Shown: one piece after another, positions 50,346 through 61,258 of the stretch
How the letters are laid out: each line of letters begins with the position of its first letter
Position numbering within the stretch: position 1 is the stretch's first letter
NCBI GenBank assembly: GCA_025603075.1
Contig: MU626290.1
Location: 62,001 to 126,000, forward strand
Origin: Neoconidiobolus thromboides FSU 785
Lineage: Eukaryota; Fungi; Entomophthoromycota
DNA length: 64,000 nucleotides
Reading direction: 5' to 3'
The notes under the pieces: generated by a model
Told to the model about the DNA's origin: nothing
Database searches by the model: none
What the model saw: only the letters and a program-made list of their open reading frames with translations
Program-made: the position numbers and the translations under genes

Positions 50346-51833
50346 TTATAAATTTTCAGAAATGTAATCCAAATAATAATTAGAGAAGAGATAAGCGCCA
50401 TGAGTTAAGTCCAACATATAATAATTGATATTCGAATTGTTGAGTTTTACTCTCAATTCTGTTAAATGACTTATAATATAATTAGAGTTGAGTAAAAAAT
50501 CGTATTTAGATAAATAAACATAGGTGGGTACATTTAAATCTTGGTTAAAAGCAATTCCTTGATTTAAGATAGCATATCTGCCTATAGTGTTACCAACAAA
50601 CAAATCCTCTGCCATCAAGTGTTGAGTAACCCTATTCATAAAAAAATCTAATTGATTAAACATAAAATTGACCGCAAAAGTAGGTTCCCAATTAGTGAAG
50701 CAAGCTGGATCAACTAGACACATTTTTTGAATATAGTATGGACGATGTTTTAATATAAAACTAGTTGCAATTGTACCATAAGAATGAGCCATTATTGAGC
50801 ATTTTTCAATTTCGTGAAGTTGAAATGCACTATCTAGCGCATACATTATATCTTCAACAGTTGGTATTTGTAAAGTAGGGATTAAAGTCACTGCTTGAAG
50901 TTCTAATAAAACAATTTTACGAGTATGAAAGTCAGTTCTTAATTTTAAAATTTGGCGCATGTATAATGATACACCTGTACCTACTCCATGTATAAATAAT
51001 ATTGGTGGTTCGTCATTACTACTGTTATTATCAGAAAGATTTTCATGTGGCTCATATATCCAATAAGTTATCGGGGAATTTTTTATTGAATTTCTTTGGA
51101 AACCAGAGAGCATTAATATTATACACATTGAAGTGTGAAATAACATAATTGTCTAAGTTAAAAATTAATAAATAGTTGATAATACTTTGTACAAGTAACT
51201 TACCAAATAAAATAAAATGGGCTTATACTTTGAGCTAAATTCAGTCAAAGCCAAAAACACAGGAGCACGCTGTAATTTGTCTTCCTCTTTACTTAATTTT
51301 ATATCAAGTTTCGTTTGTATTAACTCAACATATTCGTTCAATTCCATATCCATTTCATTTGATAAACTATTCAAATCGCGTACATGTAAATACCATGCTA
51401 GCCATTGCTTTACCTGATTAAACGTAAGTTCTTCATTTGAGTATGGATAAAAATATTTATTTATCAAGCTTAAATCAAAATAATTTCCATCAAATAGTAA
51501 TGAAACTATCTTCTGTTTGTCCGTTTCGTTTAGATCAAACTTAAATTCTTTTCTTTTCAGTACCATTTTTTTATTTAAATATTTAAAGTAAATAAAAAAA
51601 GCCACTTCATTAACACTTAAAATGAGTAGAATTAGTGATAAGTTAGTGTTGATTCCATAATAGATATTGTAAAGTATTGTTATTATTGAAATTGGTACTA
51701 TCAACTTTATAAACCTTATTATTACATATAATATGATATTTAATGGTGAATGAAAATTATGGGGATTTTTAATATCTACTCTCACTCCACTTAATTCGCT
51801 TAACAACTCAATAATCAGTTTGGATTCAAACAT
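50346..51833 (-). CDS. Membrane-anchored alpha/beta hydrolase
   Basis: PILFIHGVG oxyanion motif, AHSYGT nucleophile elbow, LVDP, D...HG; N-terminal TM exon. Confidence 0.8.
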
Positions 51834-52461
51834 TTTTTAAATTCAATTTCTCTTTTTTCTTTTTCTTTATATACTTTTTTGTTCTGATTGCAATTTCTAT
51901 TTTAAACTTGATTTTGGTTCCTTTTCATCCCTTAATTTTAATCAATGTTACAAAGCATGCTACTTTACACTTGAATTTTTATTTTAATATTACACCCCGT
52001 AAAAGCTTAAGGAAATAAATTAAAAATAGGCATTATACTTCTTTAATAAAAGGCAAAGTATTATTATACATCTGTTACTAGTATTAGTATCTCATAACCA
52101 AATAGACCTATTATATTTTGTTTATTGAAAGGGGGTTTAAGGGTTAAGAAAATTCTGCTTACGCTATCATGATTTGAACTTTATTCTTTTTATCAAACTT
52201 TACAGGTTCATTATTCAAATGTTAATAACAAACAATCTCCGCCCCCATAGTGATGATTTATATAAACTGATTAATAAATCAGTAATTCATCTTATTAATG
52301 TTAAGTTGTTTTTATTAAAATTGTTATTAAGCTTGATCCTGAAATATTATATTTTAAATAGTAAACTTTAATCTCAATGTTATACGGCTTTATGATGTAT
52401 TAATATAAACCATAAATTTTTGTGCAAAATTATTTATGAAATAAAATATTTGATTGTAACA

Positions 52462-52560
52462 CATGGGTATGTATTTGTTTGAGAATTTTACCAACGATCT
52501 TTCCACTCAAATAATATTTGAAAAATGGAAAAAGGGAGGAAATCAAAAAATATCCTCATA
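52462..52560 (+). mobile_element. MITE copy 15
   Basis: CATGGGTATGTATTTG...TTCCACTCAAATAA...AAAAATGGAAAAAG...TATCCTCATA. Confidence 0.8.
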
Positions 52561-53071
52561 TTTTTTCCAAGTGTTAAACTTTCTGAAATTAGCTTAAGAA
52601 ATAAAATTATAAAGCTTAAAAGTAGAAAGTGTGCAATTTTACCTAAAAAACTACATTTAGCTATTCTGATAGATTATTTATGATATTCATAAACTTCTCT
52701 AGTTAGCTATACTACATCTTATTTATTACTACTATGTACATTAATGTCACTTTCATCACTTTGTTAAAATCTACAGCTAATTTTTTTTATATTTAAGTTA
52801 TTTAAAGCTAGACTTTAGATATGTTTTTAGTACTTTTAAAATAATAAGCTTAAATTATAGCTATTATATAAAAAAATCACTACATATACAACAGATAAAA
52901 ATTAAGTAATTTGTTAATAGAACATTAATAACTCTACAATTAGTTTAAATACAATTTAAAAAATTTACTTCATATTATGTTAAAGCTTACTTTTATCAAT
53001 AAATTAATATATTGTCATACATTAATGGGTTTTTTATGTCTAATAATTAGAGCTATTTACTATATTAAAGT

Positions 53072-53175
53072 TATGGGGATGTTTCTTTGGCTTCATCACT
53101 TTTTCCATCTTTTAAGCACTATTTCAGTGGGAAAATTGTTAGTAAAATTCTTAAATACAAAAATACATCCCCTTA
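53072..53175 (-). mobile_element. MITE copy 16
   Basis: TATGGGGATGTTTCTTTGGCTTCATCAC...AAAATACATCCCCTTA. Confidence 0.92.
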
Positions 53176-53226
53176 TCATCAAGATATTTTCATAAATTTT
53201 TATTAAATTATGAAACTATAATTTTA

Positions 53227-53329
53227 TATGGGGATGTCTTTTTTAGTTTTATCATCTTTTTCATTTTTAAGTACTATTTGAGCAGAAAGATTGCTAGCAA
53301 AATCCTTAAACAAAAAATACATCTCCATA
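53227..53329 (-). mobile_element. MITE copy 17
   Basis: TATGGGGATGTCTTTTT...AAAATACATCTCCATA. Confidence 0.9.
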
Positions 53330-53399
53330 TTAATCCAAAAATATTGATATTTCTTGAAAGTAAGTATCTGATATTACTAATACAATACTCTCCTTATTC

Positions 53400-53800
53400 A
53401 AAACGTTTGTATTCAAGGAATAATTTGTAAAACTAAGAAATATGTTTTCTAAATTTATAATTGGCTTAAATCGTTGGTTTTCTATTTGTCTTCTGGTTAA
53501 ATACCTCTGACAGTCAAATCCTTTCTCTATATTCAAAGGATTCCTTCAATTTTTCTATAAAATCAATTACTTTGATTGTTATCTCAACTTGTTTTATATC
53601 GTGTTTGTTTTCAGTTTTAATTTACCAATATCCTAGACCATCTACAAAGTCAATATTGATTCCCCTCCATTTGGAGCTGCCTTACACAATTCTCCTCTTC
53701 ATATATGTACCAGATAATTAAGTGGAAAAATGATTTCCTCATTAACAAAGTGAATTTATCGCAGAACTGGAGCGAACGAGAAGCTTTAGCTTTTGACACT
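53400..53800 (-). pseudogene. Possible decayed ORF of unknown origin
   Basis: One frame reads SFSFAPVLR*IHFVNEEIIFPLNYLVHI*RGELCKAAPNGGESILTL*MV*DIGKLK...; higher GC than flanks. Confidence 0.25.
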
Positions 53801-54937
53801 CTTTTCTCTTCAAATTTTCTTTAATTGTATTAATAAATTATTTAAGAACACAAGGTCAAGAATTTTAAAGAATAAATCGTTATTAAAAATTGATAAAAAG
53901 AGCTTCAATTATAAATAGCATAAATCATAGTAGCTGATATACTATTGTGATCTTAATCGATCATGCTTTCACTTAATAAGTGTGTCTTAATAAGTGCGTC
54001 TTAAAAAGTATATTAATTTTATTTTATAATACGCTAGAACTATATTAAAGAAAAATTTCACTGTACCAAACTCCACTTTTCAAAGATTTCAGGAATTTAA
54101 AACCAAAAATTCGCCATAAATTAGTACTATTTATACTGTAGGACACTTTCCGAAGAGTTAATCTAGAAAATTTGATATGGTCTTAGATCCTCTACTGCAA
54201 ATCCCACTTTACACTCTTTTAAAGGTCATTTAATCCCTGATTTATCTCCACCTTGAATTCAGCAATGTTGGTTTAACCACTGAACATGATAAAAAAATTT
54301 GTAGCCTTGAATTTTAAAAAGAATAAAAGCTAAATAAAATTTCGATGTTGGAAAGGTTAGCTTGAAGATATAACTTAAGGCTATTAGAAATATAAATCGC
54401 TTATTTAATCAATTGTTAAAAAACAAAGCATATTAATAAGAACAGGTATTATAGCTATGAAAGAACTGGATAACTCAAAATTACTTAAAATAGATCAATA
54501 AACAACAATTACATTGTTTGAAGTAATATAACTTTATTTAGAAAAAGCTATAGAGTATTAAAACAAAGAGCAGAAGATCTTTTTTCTCCATATCTTTTTT
54601 ATAAGATTGTGTTTTAGTTGTTAATTTATAATATTAAAAACTTTTTTGTTTTCTATCTCAGTCAAGCATCATATCACCAGAAAAGCTACCAAAAAACCAA
54701 ACTACAACTGAGTAATGCTTCAATGAAAAATAGGTTAAATCATACTTGCATACAAAATTTGATAATAATTGATTTGGAAACAAAAAAGGAAAAATAAGGG
54801 ATAGATTACATGAGAATTCCAATTAATATCACATCTGAAATACCAAAGTCGATGATGCAAAAGTTACCACTAATTTTTCGTAAAATATAAAAGGTTGGTA
54901 TTCAAACGTTACCACGGCTTTTTAACTTTATTAAACT

Positions 54938-57460
54938 ATGGTGAACTTAACTATGGACAACATTCGTGCTATGATGGGCAAGCCATCTAATATCCGTAAT
55001 GTGGCTGTTATAGGGCACGTTGACCACGGAAAATCTACATTGGTTGATTCTTTAATATCAAAGGCTAGAATCGTTCCAACAAATAATACTAGAAACACCA
55101 GTGGCACTGTCATCAGTCAAGATAAGCAAGATCAGTATAATACTAAATCTACTTCTACTCCTTTACACTTTGGATTGCCAGAGGAGAGTACGAAAATTAT
55201 TAACCAAGAAACAAATGGTGGTGAATTTTTGGTCAATCTAATTGAGCTGCCAGCATATACTAGCTTCTCAACAGGAATAGCTAATGCACTTCGAGTTACT
55301 GATGGCACCTTGGTTATTTTGGATTGTATCGATGGTTTATGTGTACAAACAGAAAGTACTTTACGTCTAGCTCTTACTGAAGCAATCAAGCCTATATTGG
55401 TCCTAAACAAATTAGATCGTGCTATATTTGAGCTTCAACTTGAAAAAGAAGAACTTTATCAATCTTTACGCCGTAGAATCGATAATTTCAATATAACTAT
55501 CTCTACCTATACTGATAATGAATCAGGAACTACTCGAGTTGATGCAAAAGATGGAACAGTTGCTTTTAGTTCTGGTCTTGGTGGATGGGCCTTTACTCTT
55601 CGTCAGTTTGCTGAAATCTATTATAAGAAATTTGGTGTCGATAAAGAAAAACTTATGAAAGTCCTTTGGGGCGACTATTATTATATCCCAGAGTCCAAAA
55701 GATGGATTAACAAAGCTAATGCTTCTGATAATAACTCCTTGGAGCGTAGTTTTAATATGTTAATTTTGGATCCTATTTATCGTATTTTTGACACAGTAAT
55801 GAATTCTAAACGCGGTGAGCTTGAAAATCTACTAGAAAGATTAAATATACAACTCAACAATGAAGAGAAAGAGTTAAATGGAAAGCCTTTACTTAATATA
55901 GTTATGCGTAAATTTCTACCTGCTTCTGATGCGCTGCTTGAGATGGCTGTCATTCATCTTCCATCACCTGTTACTGCTCAAAAGTATCGTGCTGCTACCC
56001 TTTATGAAGGACCAATTGATGACGAAGCCTGTACTGCTATTAGAAAATGTGATCCAAATGGCCCTTTAATGGCTTATATATCTAAAATGGTACCGATTTC
56101 TGATAGCGGCCGTTTCTATGCTTTTGGTCGTATTTTTTCAGGTACTGCTCGCTCAGGTCTTAAAGTGCGTATTCAAGGCCCTAACTATATCCCAGGTAAA
56201 GATGATGACCTTTTTATTAAACCTATTGAGAGTACTATCCTTGTGACAGGACATTATTTTGAGTCTATCGAGGATTGTCCAGCTGGTAACATTATTGGTT
56301 TTACTGGTGTTGATCAATTTCTTCTCAAATCTGGTACAATTACTACTTTAGAAACAGCTTTTAACATCAAAACTATGAAATTTTCTACTGCATCTGTAGT
56401 ACAAGTTGCTGTTGATGTTAAGAATCCTGATGATTTACCAAAGCTAATTGAAGGCCTTAAACGTTTATCCAAGTCTGACCCACTTGTACAATGCTTCACT
56501 TCTGAATCTGGTCAACATATTATTAGTGGTACCGGAGAGTTACACCTTGAAATGTCTATCGATGACCTTCAGAAAGAATATACTGGTGTACCTATTAAAG
56601 CTAGTGACTTATCTGTACAATATTGCGAAACAGTTCAAACTGAATCTCTAAAATCAAATTCATCTGAATCCCCAAACAACTATAACCGAATTTATATGAA
56701 AGTAGGGCCATTAGATATGTCTATTGTATCAGAGATTGAGAAAGGAAAAATTAGCTCAAAAGACGACGATGAAGCTATCTCTCGTTACCTTTTTGAGAAC
56801 CATGGTTGGGATATCAATGCTGGTCGTCGTATATGGTGTTTTGGTCCAGAAGATGCTGGAACTAACCTTTTAGTTGATGAAACTAAAGACATAACATACC
56901 TTTCTGAAATTAAGAATTCATGTAATAGTGCTTTTCAATGGGCGACCAAGGAAGGTGCTTTATGTGGGGAGAAGATGAGAGCCACATGTTTTAATATCAC
57001 TGACGCTGTACTACATGCTAATGCTATTCATCGTGGTGACGATCAAATTATTCCTATGTGCCGCCGTGTTATCCATGGATCACAGCTTAAAGCTGAGCCG
57101 ACATTACTTGAGCCTGTTTATTCGGTTGAGATTGAAGTTCCAAACGAGGTTTTAAGTAGTGCACAGTCACTAATATTAAAACGTCGTGGGTACATAGAAA
57201 ATATAGCTGAGGGCCCAGGTAATCTTGTCTCTATCCTTGAAGGTTACCTACCTGTCAGTGAGTCATTTGGTTTCCATGAAGCCTTAATTTCGAGTACCCG
57301 TGGTAGAGCTTTGCTAAAACTTACTTTTAGTCATTGGAATGTAGTTCCTGGTTCCATTTATGAACCTGGATTAGTATCCTCAATTATCTTTAAGATACGT
57401 GAACGCAAAGGGCTCAAACCAGAGATTCCATCGCCTAATGACTATTTGAATAAGCTATAA
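54938..57460 (+). CDS. Divergent intronless paralogue of translation elongation factor eEF2 with degenerate GTPase motifs
   Basis: 840 aa, collinear with eEF2 from MVNLTMDNIR to YLNKL*; G1 GHVDHGKS and G4 NKLD kept; RGITI absent; DSPGH replaced by ELPAY; AIHRGDDQ at the diphthamide loop. Confidence 0.93.
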   Translation: MVNLTMDNIRAMMGKPSNIRNVAVIGHVDHGKSTLVDSLISKARIVPTNNTRNTSGTVISQDKQDQYNTKSTSTPLHFGLPEESTKIINQETNGGEFLVNLIELPAYTSFSTGIANALRVTDGTLVILDCIDGLCVQTESTLRLALTEAIKPILVLNKLDRAIFELQLEKEELYQSLRRRIDNFNITISTYTDNESGTTRVDAKDGTVAFSSGLGGWAFTLRQFAEIYYKKFGVDKEKLMKVLWGDYYYIPESKRWINKANASDNNSLERSFNMLILDPIYRIFDTVMNSKRGELENLLERLNIQLNNEEKELNGKPLLNIVMRKFLPASDALLEMAVIHLPSPVTAQKYRAATLYEGPIDDEACTAIRKCDPNGPLMAYISKMVPISDSGRFYAFGRIFSGTARSGLKVRIQGPNYIPGKDDDLFIKPIESTILVTGHYFESIEDCPAGNIIGFTGVDQFLLKSGTITTLETAFNIKTMKFSTASVVQVAVDVKNPDDLPKLIEGLKRLSKSDPLVQCFTSESGQHIISGTGELHLEMSIDDLQKEYTGVPIKASDLSVQYCETVQTESLKSNSSESPNNYNRIYMKVGPLDMSIVSEIEKGKISSKDDDEAISRYLFENHGWDINAGRRIWCFGPEDAGTNLLVDETKDITYLSEIKNSCNSAFQWATKEGALCGEKMRATCFNITDAVLHANAIHRGDDQIIPMCRRVIHGSQLKAEPTLLEPVYSVEIEVPNEVLSSAQSLILKRRGYIENIAEGPGNLVSILEGYLPVSESFGFHEALISSTRGRALLKLTFSHWNVVPGSIYEPGLVSSIIFKIRERKGLKPEIPSPNDYLNKL

Positions 57461-57516
57461 GCAAGTTTCAAAAATTTATTAATAGTTATAGCATTATAAA
57501 TAACTAGTAATTATAA

Positions 57517-57622
57517 TATGTGATGATGTTTTTTTTTGGCTTCATCACTTTTTTCATTTTTTAAGCATTATTGATCGGAAAGATTGTTAGTAAAGTCCTT
57601 AAACAAAAAATAAATCCCTATG
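57517..57622 (-). mobile_element. MITE copy 18
   Basis: GATGTTTTTTTTTGGCTTCATCACTTTTTTCATTTTTTAAGC...TTAGTAAA; ~57 bp after eEF2 paralogue stop. Confidence 0.85.
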
Positions 57623-58109
57623 TGCTACTAATAAAGCTTTAAAATATTTGCTCGACTTTAGACTTTTAAGTTAAACACATGATATATGGTATCTATAGAC
57701 ATCTGGCTATATTATTTGAATAAATATAAAATTGAGATGGACCTGAAGTAGAGCTATTAGTTCTATTTTTTTAATATTAAACCTTAAAATCTAGAATATA
57801 TCAAGGAAATTAAACTTGTTTATAAATAGTTGAAACTAAAAGGTATGGTAACAATAGCCTTAAGATATTTTTTATACAGGTAAAAGAACAGAATAGTAGA
57901 CTTGTGAAAGTATTTTAATTTATTTCATCTTTAGATTTAACAATGTGATATTACAATATCATTAATAACCATTGATTTATTCCCTATCAATAATTTTTAT
58001 CGATTGAATGAATTTTAACTAAATATCAGTTTTATAAAAAATAAAATTATTATCTCATAATTGACAAATAACTCAAATTCTATGAGAGTTCAGACGATTG
58101 TTTAAGCTA

Positions 58110-58210
58110 TATAGAGGTGTTTTTTTATTTTATTACTTTTTGCATCTTTTAAACACTATTTGAGCATAAAAATTGTTAGTAATTCTTAAACACAAAAATA
58201 TATCCCTATA
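58110..58210 (-). mobile_element. MITE copy 19
   Basis: TATAGAGGTGTTTTTTT...AAAAATATATCCCTATA. Confidence 0.85.
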
Positions 58211-58346
58211 TACTAACTTAATACAGAATAAAATTTAAAATTAAGTACTGACTACATAATAAATACTAAATAAGTAACAAATGAGTTGTTCTTAAACTTT
58301 TATTTTAATTAATTTATGAAAAATTAATACTAAGTCTATTACAAAT

Positions 58347-60602
58347 TCACGAGTTTCTTAAACCTCTATGATTACCATTTGCATTAACTTGAGAATTTGG
58401 ACCTCTAATTTGAGACAAGTTGGTGTTCGAAGAGGTATTCTGTCTATTAGGATTGAACAGAGCTTCATTAGCCAAAAATTTATAATTAAGTATCTCTAAC
58501 AATCTTATAGTTTCATCAAGTCCATCCCATGATGAATAGGCATCCTTATTGGAATTTTTAGACTTTAATTTCTTTAATTCATAAGTTGTTTCCATTAAAC
58601 ATATCCCAAGCTCATAATATAACTCTGTATTAATAGCATTAACGCATTTTATGAAATCACTCCAATTGGTTTCATCTGATAATCTTTTAACTAATAGTTT
58701 AAAGAACACTACCCCTTCTTTATTGTTTTCAGTAAATAGCTGTACTAAAGTTTGATGGTCAAACTTATTATGTTGGAAATACCTTAATATCAAATAGTCT
58801 GGTTTACATAATTCATTTAATTTAGTAACCAATTCTCTAAAATACATATTAAATACCATAAATAGAGAATATCAGCTACCAATTACCTTTCATTTTCTAT
58901 TTGGTATTCGGGACTATTGAATATCTTTTTGATATTTTCATCGATATGAATCAGAATAACTAATAGCGTATACAAAGAAGGTTCGGATACTAAAAATAAA
59001 AAGAATAACGAATTGAATTCTTTTTCGATCGAAAATACAGTTGGATCATTTTTAATATTAATTACTTTGGTTATATATTCTCCTAATTTATGTATTTGAT
59101 CTCTCAGTTCTGGTGAAGATTTAGTTCGTTCATCCAGTTGATGATGTAAATACACTCGTATTCCAGTTGCTCCCGTTAATATTGCCATTCTTGTATTTTC
59201 ATAGTCAAATAATTCATCTTTATCTAATTCCTGACTTTTGATTGTGATAAATCCACATGTTGCTTCTTCATTGTATTTAAGCCATTTCTCAGTATCCATC
59301 ACTTCTGTCACTCTACTTACATATCTAGTTAAACATGTCAAGACCAATTCCCACTAAAAAATAGATTAAACTAAATTTGTAGTACTATCTTGCAGGTACT
59401 TACCACCGAGAATTTTACTAAGGTACTATGGACTAGTATATCACATAATTCCAATCTTTTGCGGTTGATATATCTAATATCCCATACATCTCGATCAACC
59501 TTATATTTATTATAAATAATACTATTCATATAAGATAAATTACCATCTTCTTTGAAAAATTCTTTATATGACTCCCACTTTCATCTGAAAGGAAAGGTGT
59601 TTTCTTGTTTAAATCGATGGAAAACATCAAAAAATAATACTCTAAATCTGGGAATTTGACCTAATAAAAAGTATTAAATTACATTACTCAATAGAAATGC
59701 AAGTTTACCAATAGGTCCTCAAAAACTTGTATTAAAGAATTGCAATTCAGTTTTAAATGTAAATTTCTCAACAATTGCCCATATCCATATTTGGGATCGC
59801 TATATACTAATTGTTGATGTCGATTTTTACGAAAATATTTTAGAATCAAATGATATAAGCTTAATCCGTTTTTTATAGTACTATTAATATTAGTTTTATT
59901 AACATCAATTTTGGCTCTTTCTTTATCTATAATAACATCTGGCCTTATTTCACCTCGCATAGCATAAAATACATTATACAATATTGGTTGACAGTGGTAC
60001 TTAAATTTTTGTTAGTATGAATTTATTGCTTGCTTTATACTACTGAATTTTACTTCATTTCCAGACAAGCCAACATTTACCACAATAAATTGATAAATCA
60101 ACCGAACTGAAGCATAATTCAAAAACTTATCTGAAGTTAATAACCAAATATAAGGCTGATATGAAAATAAACAATGAGTAAATAATAATAGAATTATATT
60201 ACTAGCCGCATCATTAACTCCTTTAATTGCTTTTCTTTTTGTTTAATACAAAACTCCCAAAACTCTTTTCCTTTATTTTTTTGCTTCAAAAATAGCTCAA
60301 TGTTACCCAAGTAGACTATCAACTTAGTTTCAGCTAACTCCTTTCCTTCTACTTCTTGGAAATAGCTTTTTGATTCTTCTATGTATTCATTGATATACTT
60401 AGTAATGATCTAAACCTTGTTAATTTATTACTACTTCTTAGACTAAGCCATTTACCTCATACGAATAATCAACTAAACATTCTAAATAGCTTTTTTCATC
60501 AAAATCGTTTAAGTTTTTATATTCAAAATACGATTTTAATACATCTTCTTTAGAATACTTTTTCCCATTTTTAATTTCCTGATTTCTACCTTCATCACTC
60601 AT
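58347..60602 (-). CDS. Multi-exon helical protein, C-terminus resembles Protein Lines (LINS1)
   Basis: Collinear ORF fragments joined by short GT-AG introns from ATG 60602; CKPDYLILRYFQHNKFDHQTLVQLF...WSDFIKC resembles the Lines_C pattern; exact 3' end uncertain. Confidence 0.5.
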
Positions 60603-60711
60603 TTGTTGCTAATTTTTATAAAAATGATCTTTTTAAAAAGCAAACTTTTTAAGTTGATGTTTATTAGTTTTTTTTTAAAATTTATATTTTATAGCTCCAT
60701 ACAACCAACAA

Positions 60712-60793
60712 GTCAATTTGGCCGAGCGGTCTAAGGCGTTGCACTTAAGATGCAATCTCGAGAGAGGCGTGGGTTCGAACCCCACAGTTGACA
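60712..60793 (+). tRNA. tRNA-Leu (anticodon TAA)
   Basis: Acceptor GTCAATT/AGTTGAC, D-arm GCCGAGCGGTCTAAGGC, anticodon stem TTGCA-CTTAAGA-TGCAA, long variable arm, T-arm GTGGG-TTCGAAC-CCCAC. Confidence 0.97.
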
Positions 60794-60820
60794 TTTTATA
60801 CCAGTCCCTTTTTCCTCCAA

Positions 60821-60915
60821 TATGGGGATGTATTCAAGAATTTACTAACAATTTTTCCACGTAAAATAGAGCTTAAAAGATGAAAAAGCAATGAGGCAAA
60901 AAAAAACATCCCTAT
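60821..60915 (+). mobile_element. MITE copy 20 (internal deletion)
   Basis: TATGGGGATGTATT...TTACTAACAATTTTTCCAC...AAAAAACATCCCTATG. Confidence 0.88.
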
Positions 60916-61258
60916 GTTGTAAATCTATAAATTATCCTTTTACTTAATTTAAAAGCATTGACAAAATCAAATGAATTATATATTCTGGTAATAAACTTTA
61001 ATCTCAAGATGTAAATCATTTATTAGATTATATTACAATAAAGTAGTATTATGTTTCCTAATTCATCAATTTCATAAAAAGTAAATCCAAAGAATATAAA
61101 AAATAAAGTGAAAAAGTTAAATAATTATAACTAATCTTAATAGCAATTTATTAACTTTACATCAAACCTATTCTACTTTTACTTTAGATTACTATAAACG
61201 TTAGTAAAAATAACACCAAGTTATTAACCATGTGCTGCTTCCATTTAGTACCCTTGCA

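Noticed and set aside
54931-56651. Antisense and alternate-frame ORFs within the eEF2 paralogue, and similar shadow ORFs over GPCR, ThiD, VMA3 and F-box genes
   Set aside because: Shadow frames of real CDSs with no independent signals
54938-57460. Alternative identity as Efl1/Ria1 or Snu114
   Set aside because: Length 840 aa, eEF2-type N- and C-termini, no Snu114 acidic N-terminal extension or Efl1 insertions, AIHRG loop present
9230-60915. Recurring ~105-bp units considered as CRISPR repeats or a structured ncRNA family
   Set aside because: Eukaryotic context, dispersed in both orientations, no spacer array; TIRs, TA flanks and an empty site fit a MITE
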